A DNA stretch of 64,000 bases from Nostoc sp. DedSLP01. Lineage in GTDB: Bacteria > Cyanobacteriota > Cyanobacteriia > Cyanobacteriales > Nostocaceae. The stretch is taken from contig JAVRCJ020000005.1 in NCBI GenBank assembly GCA_034530875.2, positions 177,805 through 241,804 of the forward strand, given 5' to 3'. This document shows, piece after piece, positions 51,133-61,551 of the stretch (within the stretch, counting starts at the first letter, position 1; every line of letters starts with the position of its first letter). The notes under the pieces were generated by a model, which was not told the DNA's origin, searched no databases, and saw only the letters and a program-made list of their open reading frames with translations. Position numbers and translations under genes: made by a program.

Positions 51133-51385
51133 TTAGTTTGGTTGTAATCCATTTTGATAATAATAGTTAGGGTTGAAATTTACTATAATTTGTTCTTCCA
51201 AATTATAATTGCAATCCAGATCTCCATTTTCATCTAAAAAATAAGCATTTTGTTTATAGCATTCAGTAACTATTAAAATAAAATCTTTAATGCTTTGACA
51301 GATTATATATAGAACATCGTCTTTAGGAATCCATATAACTGATTGGTCATTCGGCAAGGTTCTAACGCAATAGTAATCACCTCCA
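51133..51385 (-). pseudogene. SMI1/KNR4-like immunity protein C-terminal fragment
   Basis: Frame reads GGDYYCVRTL..SIKDFILIVTECY..; no proper start. Confidence 0.4.
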
Positions 51386-51562
51386 TCTGCTCCACACTCA
51401 TCCCTGTTTTTAGTAACAGAGGTACAGTAAGTTTCAACATTTCAACTTCCCGTTCTTCCCGACCTTCGGCTTTCGCTTCCTGATAAACTCTTGTTTGCTC
51501 TAAAGTCAGTCCCAGCATTGCTTCAACTTCCTCTCTACTCAAGGTCGAAAACTTATAAACAC
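51386..51562 (-). pseudogene. Rpn/DUF2887-family C-terminal fragment
   Basis: VYKFSTLSREEVEAMLGLTLEQTRVYQEAKAEGREE..LLKTGMSVEQ. Confidence 0.7.
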
Positions 51563-51839
51563 TAGCTCAAAGAGTAACCCAGGAAACCGCTTAAAAATTT
51601 GATAGTAAATCGAGTCTCGTTTCACAACTTCATCCTAGATTTCTCTCGTTATTCATCGCCGATTTGAACCAAGCCATAAAAATTCATCCTACATTTATTT
51701 GAAGCTTGCGCTAACTGAGATTTTGCCTGTACTGATTCGTCACATTAGCAGGGTACGATCGCAAAATTTGGAGCGAGCAGGGTTTATCTTTAGTTAAAGA
51801 GAGACTAAATCCTGTTAAACCATCCAAAAAAAAGTAGCT

Positions 51840-53273
51840 ATGGCAAGTGGTGAAGTATTCGATCCCCAAACAAAATCCCTAGCTGTGCCAAGGGTCAATC
51901 TGCTGACCATGTTCCGGCTCGGCTTGTTTCAAATGGGATTGAGTATGATGTCTATCTTGACTCTGGGAGTACTCAACAGAGTCATGATTCAAGAAATAGC
52001 AATTCCGGCAACGTTAGTGTCAGTAGTTCTAGCATTGCCTTTATTTGTTTCTCCTTCCCGTATCTGGTTCGGGCAAATTTCCGATGCCAAGCCTTTATGG
52101 GGTTCCCACCGCACAGCTTATGTTTGGGTGGGAGCAGCGATATTTGCGATCGCGGCATTTTTAGCTGTACAAGTAATGTGGCAGCTCAATCTTGCTGCAA
52201 ATAGTCAGGGTGGCTGGGTATGGACAACCCAAACAATCGGCTGGATGGCACTTTTGGCTTTGGTTTTTGCTATCTACGGTTTAGGGATTTGTGCTAGTAG
52301 TACTGCCTTTGCAGCTTTGTTAGTAGATATATCTGAAGAAGATAACCGTTCTAAAGTAGTTGGTGTAGTTTGGTCAATGCTAATGGTGGGGATTATTGTC
52401 GGGGCAATTATTAGTTCTAGTTTGCTCAAACAATTAACACCAGAAGCAACGGTAGCTACCTTACAAGCATCTGTCAACAGATTATTTATCACTGTCCCAG
52501 CAATTGTATTTGCATTAGCGATCGCTGCAACATTGGGTGTAGAAAAAAAATATTCCCAATACTTAAGCCGTTCCACAATAGTAGACCGAGAAGACAGCAT
52601 TACTTTGGGGAATGCTTGGAAAATCTTGACAGCTAGTCCGCAAACAGGTCTATTTTTCACCTTTTTACTGGTGATGACCATTTGCTTGTTTATGCAAGAC
52701 CCAATTTTGGAACCTTACGCCGGTCAGGTATTTAAAATGCCTTTGGCTGAGAGTACTAAACTCAATGCCTTTTATGGAACAGGTATACTAATTGCCTACG
52801 CTGTCACCGGCTTTTTGGTAGTGCCACGTTTGGGTAAGCGCAGAACTACACGCCTGGGCTGTATTTTGGTAGCATTCGCTGCCCTATTGCTAGCTATATC
52901 CGGATTTTCTGCTAATCCAGCCTTCCTGAAATTAGGTTTAGTCTTGTTTGGTTTGGCCGCAGGTTTCTTAACAACAGGAGCAATTAGCTTGATGTTAGAT
53001 CTGACAGCAGCCGAAGCCGCAGGTACGTTTATTGGGGCATGGGGATTAGCACAGTCCCTATCCAGAGGGTTAGCGGTGGTTATAGGCGGTACCTTGTTGG
53101 ATTTGGGGCGCAAACTCCTACCAAACTTAGTTTTAGCTTATGGATTAGTATTTGCTCTCGAAGCCTTGGGAATGGTGGTTTCAATTTGGTTTCTCAACCG
53201 AGTGAATGTGGCAGAATTTCAAACAAATACCAAACAAGCGATCGCTTCTGTTTTACAAAGTGATTTAGACTGA
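51840..53273 (+). CDS. BCD-family (PucC-like) MFS transporter
   Basis: RLGLFQ, LNRVMI..E, QDPILEPY, GTFIGAWG. Confidence 0.9.
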   Translation: MASGEVFDPQTKSLAVPRVNLLTMFRLGLFQMGLSMMSILTLGVLNRVMIQEIAIPATLVSVVLALPLFVSPSRIWFGQISDAKPLWGSHRTAYVWVGAAIFAIAAFLAVQVMWQLNLAANSQGGWVWTTQTIGWMALLALVFAIYGLGICASSTAFAALLVDISEEDNRSKVVGVVWSMLMVGIIVGAIISSSLLKQLTPEATVATLQASVNRLFITVPAIVFALAIAATLGVEKKYSQYLSRSTIVDREDSITLGNAWKILTASPQTGLFFTFLLVMTICLFMQDPILEPYAGQVFKMPLAESTKLNAFYGTGILIAYAVTGFLVVPRLGKRRTTRLGCILVAFAALLLAISGFSANPAFLKLGLVLFGLAAGFLTTGAISLMLDLTAAEAAGTFIGAWGLAQSLSRGLAVVIGGTLLDLGRKLLPNLVLAYGLVFALEALGMVVSIWFLNRVNVAEFQTNTKQAIASVLQSDLD

Positions 53274-53391
53274 ACTGGAGCATTGAGCATTGGGCATGGG
53301 GCATTGGTTATTCATAAATATTGATTTCCTTCTAGACAAATGACCAATGACTAATGCCTAATGACTAATGACTAATGACTAATGACTAACC

Positions 53392-54198
53392 ATGAATGAC
53401 TTTTGGACTACAGTTGTTGATTTTGCCCAAACAACCACTACCAAAGTGGGCAAGCAGTTAATGCAAGATTTTGGGCAAGTACAGGCTTCGCAAAAAGCCG
53501 ATGGTACTCTAGTAACGCGAGCTGATAAATGGGCAGACCAGGAAATTCGAGATGCGATCGCTTCTAATTTTTCTGGTTACGGTATTTTAACTGAAGAGAG
53601 CGATCGCTCTTTTCCCGGTACTGAGTGGTGCTGGGTAATTGACCCACTCGATGGTACAACCAACTTTACACGCGGCATTCCCATCTGGTCAATTTCTTTG
53701 GGTTTGCTGTATCAAGGCACTCCCATTTTTGGTTATGTTTACGCGCCACCCTTGAATCAAGCTTTTCATGGTTTTTGGCCTGGTTCATCAGGCTTAACCA
53801 CACCAACTGGAGCATTTCTCAACCATCACCCCATCCACAGCAGTAGCGATAATCCTAGTAACAATCACTTTTTTAACCTCTGTTCCCGCAGTACCGGAAT
53901 TATCCGCAACGGCTTTCCCTGCAAAATTCGGATGCTGGGTGTAGCTAGCTATAACTTTTTGACAGTTGCTACTGGGGCAACTCTAGGCGGAATTGAGGCG
54001 ACACCAAAAGTTTGGGACTTAGCAGGCGCTTGGGTAATTGTACAGGCTGCTGGTGCTGTTTGGTTATCACTTAATTCCGAACCGTTTCCGTTGTTAGCCC
54101 AAGAAGATTATAGCGATCGCTCTTTTCCCACCCTCGTGGTTAGTCGCCCAGAATTAGTTCCAGTATTTAAACCTTTTCTCGAAGACGTAAAAATTTAA
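53392..54198 (+). CDS. Inositol monophosphatase family protein
   Basis: LTEE, WVIDPLDGTTNF, WDLAG. Confidence 0.92.
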   Translation: MNDFWTTVVDFAQTTTTKVGKQLMQDFGQVQASQKADGTLVTRADKWADQEIRDAIASNFSGYGILTEESDRSFPGTEWCWVIDPLDGTTNFTRGIPIWSISLGLLYQGTPIFGYVYAPPLNQAFHGFWPGSSGLTTPTGAFLNHHPIHSSSDNPSNNHFFNLCSRSTGIIRNGFPCKIRMLGVASYNFLTVATGATLGGIEATPKVWDLAGAWVIVQAAGAVWLSLNSEPFPLLAQEDYSDRSFPTLVVSRPELVPVFKPFLEDVKI

Positions 54199-54578
54199 AC
54201 CCTTAATTAGCTGCCTAGAAATAAAAATTTATAAAGTTTTTTAGGCAGCATCCTATACATAGAAATAAATCAAACCTTTGTCTAATAAAGGTTCCAGTAT
54301 AATTACAACTCACATATATCATTTAGCATCTGACAGTAACAGTATAAATGCTAATTTGCACTGTGTTGGGGCTTACCTTACACTAGGTCACTGAATATAG
54401 CAAAGTGCTGAGTATAAACCCAGTGGCTTTATTGCTTTTTTAGAATCAACTCTGTCCTAACCTCTGTGACTAGAGTTATAACAGTTGCCAGTTAGGTGAG
54501 GATATAAACCGATGGTAAAATCCGCACACTAAGAGACTTTCAAACCTGTTGCCTGTTTCCTGCTATATAGAAAATTTT

Positions 54579-55121
54579 ATGTTGTCTAATCTAGATTTGA
54601 TTCGGGAGTTTGTAGAAAACTCTATCCATAAAAAAGACATTTTGCTGTCAAACCCTTCTTTAATAGCGCAAACAGTTTATAAAACTAATCAACTGACTGC
54701 AAAATCTGAAGGGCTAATTGCGATCGCCCAAATATCTAACACAGTTTGTCAATTTTCAATTTCTCCCAATTCATCCCACTGGGAACTAATAAATCAGGCA
54801 TTAGCAGAATATAGTTATATCCTCAAAGGAGAAGTTGATAGTCGAGGTTTTTATCAGTATCAATACTGTGAAATTCCCAAAGGCTATCAGATGTACTGTA
54901 CTAAATCTGTACTCCTATGGCGGGCTTGGTGGAGATATCGCAAATATACTTCCAGACCAGGAATCCCCTTGGAACTTTTGGTGAGGACGCGAGATTCATG
55001 GTATCCAATCAGAGATTTAATTATTAGTGACGGACTTCTTTATATAAAAACTTTAGGAAGCGAGATAGCACTTGACTCAAATGATTTGGTTACTTGGTTA
55101 AAAAAAGCGGAAGTAGGTTAA
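54579..55121 (+). CDS. Conserved hypothetical protein
   Basis: Open 180-aa frame; no family recognised. Confidence 0.7.
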   Translation: MLSNLDLIREFVENSIHKKDILLSNPSLIAQTVYKTNQLTAKSEGLIAIAQISNTVCQFSISPNSSHWELINQALAEYSYILKGEVDSRGFYQYQYCEIPKGYQMYCTKSVLLWRAWWRYRKYTSRPGIPLELLVRTRDSWYPIRDLIISDGLLYIKTLGSEIALDSNDLVTWLKKAEVG

Positions 55122-55332
55122 TGCAAGCCGAACGGTAGAAGGCAGTTCTTGCTGGAGGTAAAACGCTCAACAATAAAAGGTTTTGCTAGTTTGGATTTTA
55201 CATTTAGTTGCGACTTTTCATCCAGTCCCCAGTCACCAGTCCCTTGCTATATGTTTCATTCCAGATAAGTTGTTATACTATATACCGTTTAATCCGGCAT
55301 ATACTACCTTTTTTATTACCCCTGAAACAGTA

Positions 55333-56289
55333 ATGAAAGGACTCTGGCTCGAAAATAACCAATTGCAACTACGCACAGATATTCCCATTCCCGAACCGCC
55401 ACCGGGAGAAGCTCTGGTACGCGTCTTGCGTGCGGGTATTTGTAACACTGACCTAGAATTACTCAGAGGCTACTATCCTTATACTGGTATTTTAGGTCAT
55501 GAATTTGTTGGCGTTGTCGAACAAGGGCCAGAACATCTAGTTAACCAACGTGTAGTTGGAGAAATTAACGCTGTTTGTGGTGATTGTCGTTTTTGTCGCA
55601 GCGGACAATCGACTCACTGCCAAAACCGGACTGTTTTAGGCATTGTTAACCGCCACGGAGCTTTTGCTGATTATCTGTGTTTACCAGCGGATAACCTACA
55701 TCTAGTACCTGATAATGTGCCAACAGAAGCAGCAACATTTACCGAACCTTTAGCTGCTGCTTTAGAAATTCAACAGCAAGTGTCGTTGCATCCAGATAAT
55801 CGCGTGCTAGTGGTTGGAGATGGCAAACTAGGGCAATTGGTAGCTCAGACGCTAGCCCTAACAGGTTGCGAACTTTTGGTTGTAGGACGTCATCAAGAGA
55901 AACTTGCTAACTTACAAGCACGGGGAATTAAAACGAGCCTCGCTAATGCTGTAACAGATGGATATTTCGATATTTCAGTAGAATGTACTGGCAATCCAGA
56001 AGGATTTGCGATCGCTCGTCGTGCCCTACGTCCGCGTGGTACATTAGTTCTTAAAAGTACATACGCTGGCAACCTCAGCTTAGATGCTTCTTCTTTAGTA
56101 GTAGATGAAATCACCCTCATCGGCTCTCGTTGCGGCCCCTTTGCTCCAGCACTCCACTTATTAGCTACAAACCAAGTGGACGTACAACCCCTGATTCATG
56201 CCAGCTATCCGCTAATTGAAGGTCTTACGGCTTTTGAACAAGCCCAAAGCCGGGGTGTTTTGAAGGTTTTGTTAGAAATTAGTCATTAG
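55333..56289 (+). CDS. Zinc-dependent alcohol dehydrogenase (MDR family)
   Basis: GICNTD, GHE, CGDCRFC..C, GDGKLG; start moved to MKGLWL. Confidence 0.92.
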   Translation: MKGLWLENNQLQLRTDIPIPEPPPGEALVRVLRAGICNTDLELLRGYYPYTGILGHEFVGVVEQGPEHLVNQRVVGEINAVCGDCRFCRSGQSTHCQNRTVLGIVNRHGAFADYLCLPADNLHLVPDNVPTEAATFTEPLAAALEIQQQVSLHPDNRVLVVGDGKLGQLVAQTLALTGCELLVVGRHQEKLANLQARGIKTSLANAVTDGYFDISVECTGNPEGFAIARRALRPRGTLVLKSTYAGNLSLDASSLVVDEITLIGSRCGPFAPALHLLATNQVDVQPLIHASYPLIEGLTAFEQAQSRGVLKVLLEISH

Positions 56290-56334
56290 TCATTGGTCAT
56301 TGGTCATTGGTCATTGGTCATTGGTCATTGGTCA
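56281..56334. repeat. STRR (GTCATTG)n
   Basis: About 7 tandem heptamers. Confidence 0.8.
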
Positions 56335-56404
56335 TAAGATATTGAGAGTATGGGAGGTTGGGAAGCTTTTTTATAATCTCTCTCCACTCCCCACTCCCCA
56401 CTCC

Positions 56405-56707
56405 CTAATACAAATAAGGATTTGTCTTCGGTTGGTAGTCAGAACAATTAATAGCTTCTTCTGTATTGGCAATAGATGGACGGACAGTGCATTTTAGACG
56501 GTAATTGTCGGTAAAATATTGGCAACCGGTACAAGGAATTTGATGCATTTGCTTTGCTGTAGCCACGCTATGTCGCGCCGCTGACCAAATATTCAAAAAA
56601 GCCATAATAACTACAGCCCAAGCAATGACAAAGCAAATTGGGGCTAACAAAGGTTGAATTCCATGAATGAGGAAATAGATTAGTTGCAACACGGCATTTC
56701 CTGGCAC
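56405..56707 (-). CDS. Conserved hypothetical membrane protein with Cys-rich tail
   Basis: TM segment then HQIPCTGCQYF..LKCTVRP..C.DY; start uncertain. Confidence 0.75.
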   Translation of the reverse strand: MPGNAVLQLIYFLIHGIQPLLAPICFVIAWAVVIMAFLNIWSAARHSVATAKQMHQIPCTGCQYFTDNYRLKCTVRPSIANTEEAINCSDYQPKTNPYLY

Positions 56708-56897
56708 AAATTAGGAGCTAGAAGTATATTAACTCCTAACTCCTAATCCTTAACTTCTTACTACGGAAGTATAAGTTTATTGGTTGAGTGCTTATAGGGT
56801 GGGGAGTAGGGAGATGGGGAGATAGGGAGGTGGGGAGATGAAGGAGAATAATAACTCTTAACTCTTAACTCCTAACTCCTAACTCCTAACTGTTTTG

Positions 56898-57944
56898 TTA
56901 AATGCCAGCATGTCCGAGTGCTAAACTAACAACGAGCATACCCAGAACCAAGAATGGTTGGGCACTGGCTTGGTATTTAACGTCATTAGCTATAGGATCC
57001 CGCAAGAAATAGATATTCTGCAAGACGATTTGCGGAATTATTAGCAGTGCAAGTATTGCTGCATACCAGTTCTCATGGATGTAGACGAGATAAGCTCCAA
57101 TAAATCCTTGAAATAAATCGATTGTCAGTACGCAAATCCAGGCGGCGGTGGTGACGCCAAACATGACGGGTAGCGAATTTAACCCTAGTTGTCGATCGCC
57201 TTCTACACTCTTGAAGTCGTTGACAATGGCAATACCCAATCCAGCTAGGCTGTAGAACATTGTCAAAATCACAATTGTAGAATTGAGCTCGCCAAACAAC
57301 GCGTGTCCCGTACACCAAGGCAGGGTAATATAGCTTGCACCCAAGGCGTAGCTACCCAGCCAACCGTTTTGTTTGAGTTTCAGAGGAGGTGCAGAATAAA
57401 TATAAGCGATGAAAGAACCGATAATAGCGAGCGCTCCGATGGTGGGAAATTCATGACCAGCCCAGACATCAAGCAAAAATGCCAAACTAATACCGCCAAT
57501 TAATAATACCCAAATCTGCGTAATTACCTGGGTTAGGGAAATTGCTCCAGAAGGAATGGGGCGATAGGGTTCATTGATGGCATCAATTTCGCGATCGTAG
57601 TAATCATTGAGGATTTGGGTGTAACCTGTCATCAACGGCCCAGCCAGGAACATACAGGCTGCTACCTTTAACACATTTTCTAGCGTCCAGGTATAGTTAC
57701 CAGAGGAAGCCGCACCGCAGACTACGCCCCAAATTAAGGGAATCCAGGTGATAGGCTTCATTAGTTGCAACCGGATTTTCCAAATGGAAGTTTCTCCTGG
57801 TGATGCACCTTTCATCCCTAGCAATTGTCGAGCTTTGGCGGTGCGATCGCCAGATACTATTGCTTCCTCGCTAGGATTATTTGCTACTGAGTCTAGTGCC
57901 TCAGCCGATTTGGAATCTGGGGTAATGGGTGTTAATTCTGACAT
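56898..57944 (-). CDS. chlG: Chlorophyll synthase
   Basis: LMKPITW, NDYYDREIDAINEPYRPIPSG, NDFKSVEGD. Confidence 0.96.
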   Translation of the reverse strand: MSELTPITPDSKSAEALDSVANNPSEEAIVSGDRTAKARQLLGMKGASPGETSIWKIRLQLMKPITWIPLIWGVVCGAASSGNYTWTLENVLKVAACMFLAGPLMTGYTQILNDYYDREIDAINEPYRPIPSGAISLTQVITQIWVLLIGGISLAFLLDVWAGHEFPTIGALAIIGSFIAYIYSAPPLKLKQNGWLGSYALGASYITLPWCTGHALFGELNSTIVILTMFYSLAGLGIAIVNDFKSVEGDRQLGLNSLPVMFGVTTAAWICVLTIDLFQGFIGAYLVYIHENWYAAILALLIIPQIVLQNIYFLRDPIANDVKYQASAQPFLVLGMLVVSLALGHAGI

Positions 57945-58077
57945 AAGGTGTATTTTTTTTAGAGTGAGGAGTGAGGAGTTAAGAGTTAGGAGTTAGGAGC
58001 TAGGAGTTATGAATTATCATTTTTCTTCCTAACTCCTCACTCTTAACTCCTAACTTTGTTCCTAATTCCTAACTAAA

Positions 58078-59178
58078 TTAAAACGAAATTATCAAATAAT
58101 TATTCTGAAACTTTGCTCCAGCAATAGGTCTACCACTCAGAGCCGGGGGTAGGGAAATATTCCGTCGCTGGTCTCCTGCTTCCACGGTGACTTCTGGGCC
58201 GTACTGAGTAAGTTTGACCTGTTTTTTGTCAAATCCTGGTAAGAATAAGCGTACCTGACGATTGTGGATGTCAATTTCAATTGGTTTGGGAGCCTGTACT
58301 GCTTGGGCTTCAAAGTTAGGTAGGGCATCTATCAGTGATTGCCAGTCTCCTGTTGTGGAGTCGGGAACGACGCTTACAGGTAGAGGTGTAAATTCCTCTG
58401 ATAGTTTGATGTTTGTCTCGGAAGATACAAGCAGGACACCACCGACAGTTAAACCGATTTGTTGAGCGCTACCCCATAAATAACGGGCACTTGCCACTTC
58501 TATCGGGTCTTGTGTCGTCACCAAAAAAGCAGCAACGCGCTTGGGGTCGGCAAGAGCAGCTCTACCTTTGTCTAAGAGATTATTGACTTGGTTAGTAGGC
58601 GCTGCAAAGTTGTCTGCTGTCCAATTAACGTTGAAAAAGCTGCTAATCAGTGGTTGAATTAAGGGCGATTCGACAATTGTTTTGCCTAAGTCAGAGTTGA
58701 CAAACAATTGCCGGAATCGCCGGACGTACCAACTCAGAGACTCTGGCAATCCGAGCATCCGCAGGGTTAAAGAGTCACCCGTGCCATCGTAGACGATCGC
58801 ATCATATTTGCCACTAGCATCATATTCGCGAATAGCATTCAAGGCCAGGGCGCTGTCCATTCCCGGCAATACTACTAATTCTTGACCAAAAACGTCTTTG
58901 AATATGGGGGTGCGCAGGTATTGTGCCTCAAGTTTCTTGACTTCTTCCCAGTTGCTCTCTAGTAGTGCAGATGCTTGAAACTTTACTACTTGCAAATTAG
59001 GCCCGATTTCCTGAGGTTCAGAACTAACGGGAGTATTTAGCAGGATTGACAGTGCTGGTTCTGCTAGTCCTGCTAAAAGTACGCGCTTGCCTTGGCTAGC
59101 CAATAATTTGGCGGCGGCGATCGCAATTTTGGTACGAGCGGCCCCGCCTTTGCCCAAAAATGTCAATATTAGAGCCAT
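58078..59178 (-). CDS. ArsA/Get3-like ATPase with C-terminal alpha-crystallin-like domain
   Basis: FLGKGG, LPGMD, FLPGFDKKQVKL..GDQRRNI.LP. Confidence 0.85.
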   Translation of the reverse strand: MALILTFLGKGGAARTKIAIAAAKLLASQGKRVLLAGLAEPALSILLNTPVSSEPQEIGPNLQVVKFQASALLESNWEEVKKLEAQYLRTPIFKDVFGQELVVLPGMDSALALNAIREYDASGKYDAIVYDGTGDSLTLRMLGLPESLSWYVRRFRQLFVNSDLGKTIVESPLIQPLISSFFNVNWTADNFAAPTNQVNNLLDKGRAALADPKRVAAFLVTTQDPIEVASARYLWGSAQQIGLTVGGVLLVSSETNIKLSEEFTPLPVSVVPDSTTGDWQSLIDALPNFEAQAVQAPKPIEIDIHNRQVRLFLPGFDKKQVKLTQYGPEVTVEAGDQRRNISLPPALSGRPIAGAKFQNNYLIISF

Positions 59179-59298
59179 TATTTGATTCCCAATTACCGCC
59201 GATCTTTTCAACTCCAACTTAGCACTCAATAAAGGCTCTCATCCTGTGCCTTCAAATTCAGACTGAATAGAAAAATCTCTAACTGAGTTGTGTTTTTC

Positions 59299-59490
59299 CT
59301 ACACAGGTTTGATTTCATCTTCAAAAAACCAAGTCGAAAAATTATCCTCAAACTGCACCACTACACCGATTCCCATACCATCGGTGACTTTGTAGCCTTG
59401 GATAACACCCACTTGTCCTAATCTTTTTGCAATGGGAGCAGAAACGCGATCGCGCAAACGATAAACTTTAACCTTTTGTCCGATTTCCAT
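59299..59490 (-). CDS. petP: Cytochrome b6f-associated PetP (DUF2862)
   Basis: IGQKVKV.RLRDR..KVTDG.GIG..WFFEDE. Confidence 0.8.
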   Translation of the reverse strand: MEIGQKVKVYRLRDRVSAPIAKRLGQVGVIQGYKVTDGMGIGVVVQFEDNFSTWFFEDEIKPV

Positions 59491-59715
59491 GCCTAATTAC
59501 AATGCAATAAACCAAGTCTCAGTTTAGCTGAATCCGTGACTCAGCTCTCATAAATTCAGAGATAAATGAGGGAGTGGGGAGTGTGGAGGTGGGGAGGTAG
59601 GGAGAATTTCTAACGGGCTAAACGCCCCGCTACCGCTAACAGGACTTGCTGTTTGGCCCATAACAAATGACAAAAAGCGTAAAATTAAATCAACAAACAA
59701 ACAGGTACAACGATA

Positions 59716-60486
59716 ATGTTTGTCACAGCGCAACAGCTAGAACAACAGATGCCTGATGCAACTCTGTTGTTAAGTGATGAGCCGGAGATGGAAACATCAT
59801 TGCACTATATGCAGCTATTGCTGCTAGTAACTTCCCTTGAGTGGCTATGGCGTGACTGTAATGATTTTTTTATAGGTGCAAATCTTACCATCTATTTTAG
59901 TCGTCAGCAGTTGCGAAATCGGGATTTTCGCGGCCCGGACTTTTTTTTAGTCAAAGACACCGAAAAGCGATCGCGCAATTCTTGGGTAGTCTGGGAAGAA
60001 GATGGTCGTTATCCAGATTTGATTATTGAATTACTTTCAGAAAGTACAGCTGATATTGACCGCAATTTAAAGAAAAATCTTTATGAAAATCGATTTCACA
60101 CACCAGAATATTTCTGGTTTTCGCCAGAAAATTTGGAATTTGTCGGTTTTGAATTGGTAGGCAACAAGTATCAGGAAATTACACCAAATGCACGAGGATG
60201 GCGTTGGAGCGATGTGCTGAACCTGTATTTAGGCGTAGAAGCAGGTAAACTGCGCTACTTTACACCAGAGGGTGAATTAGTTCCAACTCCAGAGGAAGCT
60301 GCAATAGCAGCGCAACAAGCGGCATCACAAGCACAGCAAGCGGCATCACAAGCACAGCAGGCGGCATCACAAGCACAGCAGGCGGCATCTGAGGCACAAT
60401 TGAGGCTGGAACAAGAACAGCAGCGATCGCAACGGTTAGCGGAATACTTGCGATCGTTAGGAGTAAATCCCGATAGCTTGAGTTAA
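59716..60486 (+). CDS. Uma2-family endonuclease with AQQAASQ repeat tail
   Basis: RGPDFF, PDLIIELLSEST, EYFWF; 21-bp tandem repeat about 60310-60393. Confidence 0.9.
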   Translation: MFVTAQQLEQQMPDATLLLSDEPEMETSLHYMQLLLLVTSLEWLWRDCNDFFIGANLTIYFSRQQLRNRDFRGPDFFLVKDTEKRSRNSWVVWEEDGRYPDLIIELLSESTADIDRNLKKNLYENRFHTPEYFWFSPENLEFVGFELVGNKYQEITPNARGWRWSDVLNLYLGVEAGKLRYFTPEGELVPTPEEAAIAAQQAASQAQQAASQAQQAASQAQQAASEAQLRLEQEQQRSQRLAEYLRSLGVNPDSLS

Positions 60487-60504
60487 TCAACAAAGGTAGC
60501 AGTC

Positions 60505-61239
60505 ATGTATCAAACAGATCCCCCTCGTCCACCCCAAGAAACCATGCCTACGATGTATGATTTACCCAGTGAATTGATAGGGGAATCAGGTTTGCCAGAT
60601 GAATTTCACTGCATTCAGGCGGATTTGCTGACTGAAACTTGTCAACCTCCGACTTATCCATCTGAAGAAATCTTAATTGCTAGCGATTTAAATCTTTACT
60701 ACGACCCGCGCCATACTTTGTGGTATAAGCGTCCTGATTGGTATCTGGTTTTAGGAGTACCTAGCGCTACTAAACAGCAAGACCTACGCTTAAGTTATGT
60801 CATTTGGCAAGAGGGGGTTACTCCGTTTTTAGTTGTGGAATTACTCTCGCCTGGTACAGAACAAGAAGACTTAGGAAAAACGCTGCGTGAAGTAAAGCAG
60901 CCACCAACGAAGTGGGAAGTATACGAACGCATTTTGCGGGTTCCCTACTACGTTATCTATGACCGCTATGAAAATCATTTGCGTGCCTTTCAACTTGAAG
61001 GCACTCGCTACAAGGCAATATCTTTACCAGAGAATCGCTTCTGGTTGCAAGAATTAGAATTAGGATTGGGTCTGTGGCAAGGTTATTATCAGCACACAGC
61101 AGGCTTGTGGTTGCGTTGGTATAATGCAGCAGGTTGGATACCGACATCTAAAGAAAAAGCCGAGCAAGAACGCCAACGAGCCGATCGCTTGGCTCAATAT
61201 TTGCGATCGCAAGGAATCGATCCAGATAGTTTGAGTTAG
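60505..61239 (+). CDS. Uma2-family endonuclease
   Basis: GLPDEFH, KRPDW, VELLSPGT, KWEVYE. Confidence 0.9.
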   Translation: MYQTDPPRPPQETMPTMYDLPSELIGESGLPDEFHCIQADLLTETCQPPTYPSEEILIASDLNLYYDPRHTLWYKRPDWYLVLGVPSATKQQDLRLSYVIWQEGVTPFLVVELLSPGTEQEDLGKTLREVKQPPTKWEVYERILRVPYYVIYDRYENHLRAFQLEGTRYKAISLPENRFWLQELELGLGLWQGYYQHTAGLWLRWYNAAGWIPTSKEKAEQERQRADRLAQYLRSQGIDPDSLS

Positions 61240-61551
61240 CTAATTATAGTAGCGCCTAAATCTTTCAATCTAGAGATCCCACATAAAGAATTATATTTGA
61301 CTTTTAAAAATTTTTATGCTAAAAAAAGCCTGCTACTTGGTATCACAGATTTTTAGGAACCAGTTTTTAAATTAATTAGTCCTCCAAGAGGAAGATGCAG
61401 CTAAGACTTTAAAGATGGTAGTTAGGAATCTGTATAACAATGCTTTTTAAAGCAAAATTTTCATGTTAGGGTAGTGCGTCAAAGTACGCTCTAATAGTTA
61501 TAGTCTACAATTCGCAAATAACTTGCGTGTGGTGCGTGGTAATTGTTAAGG

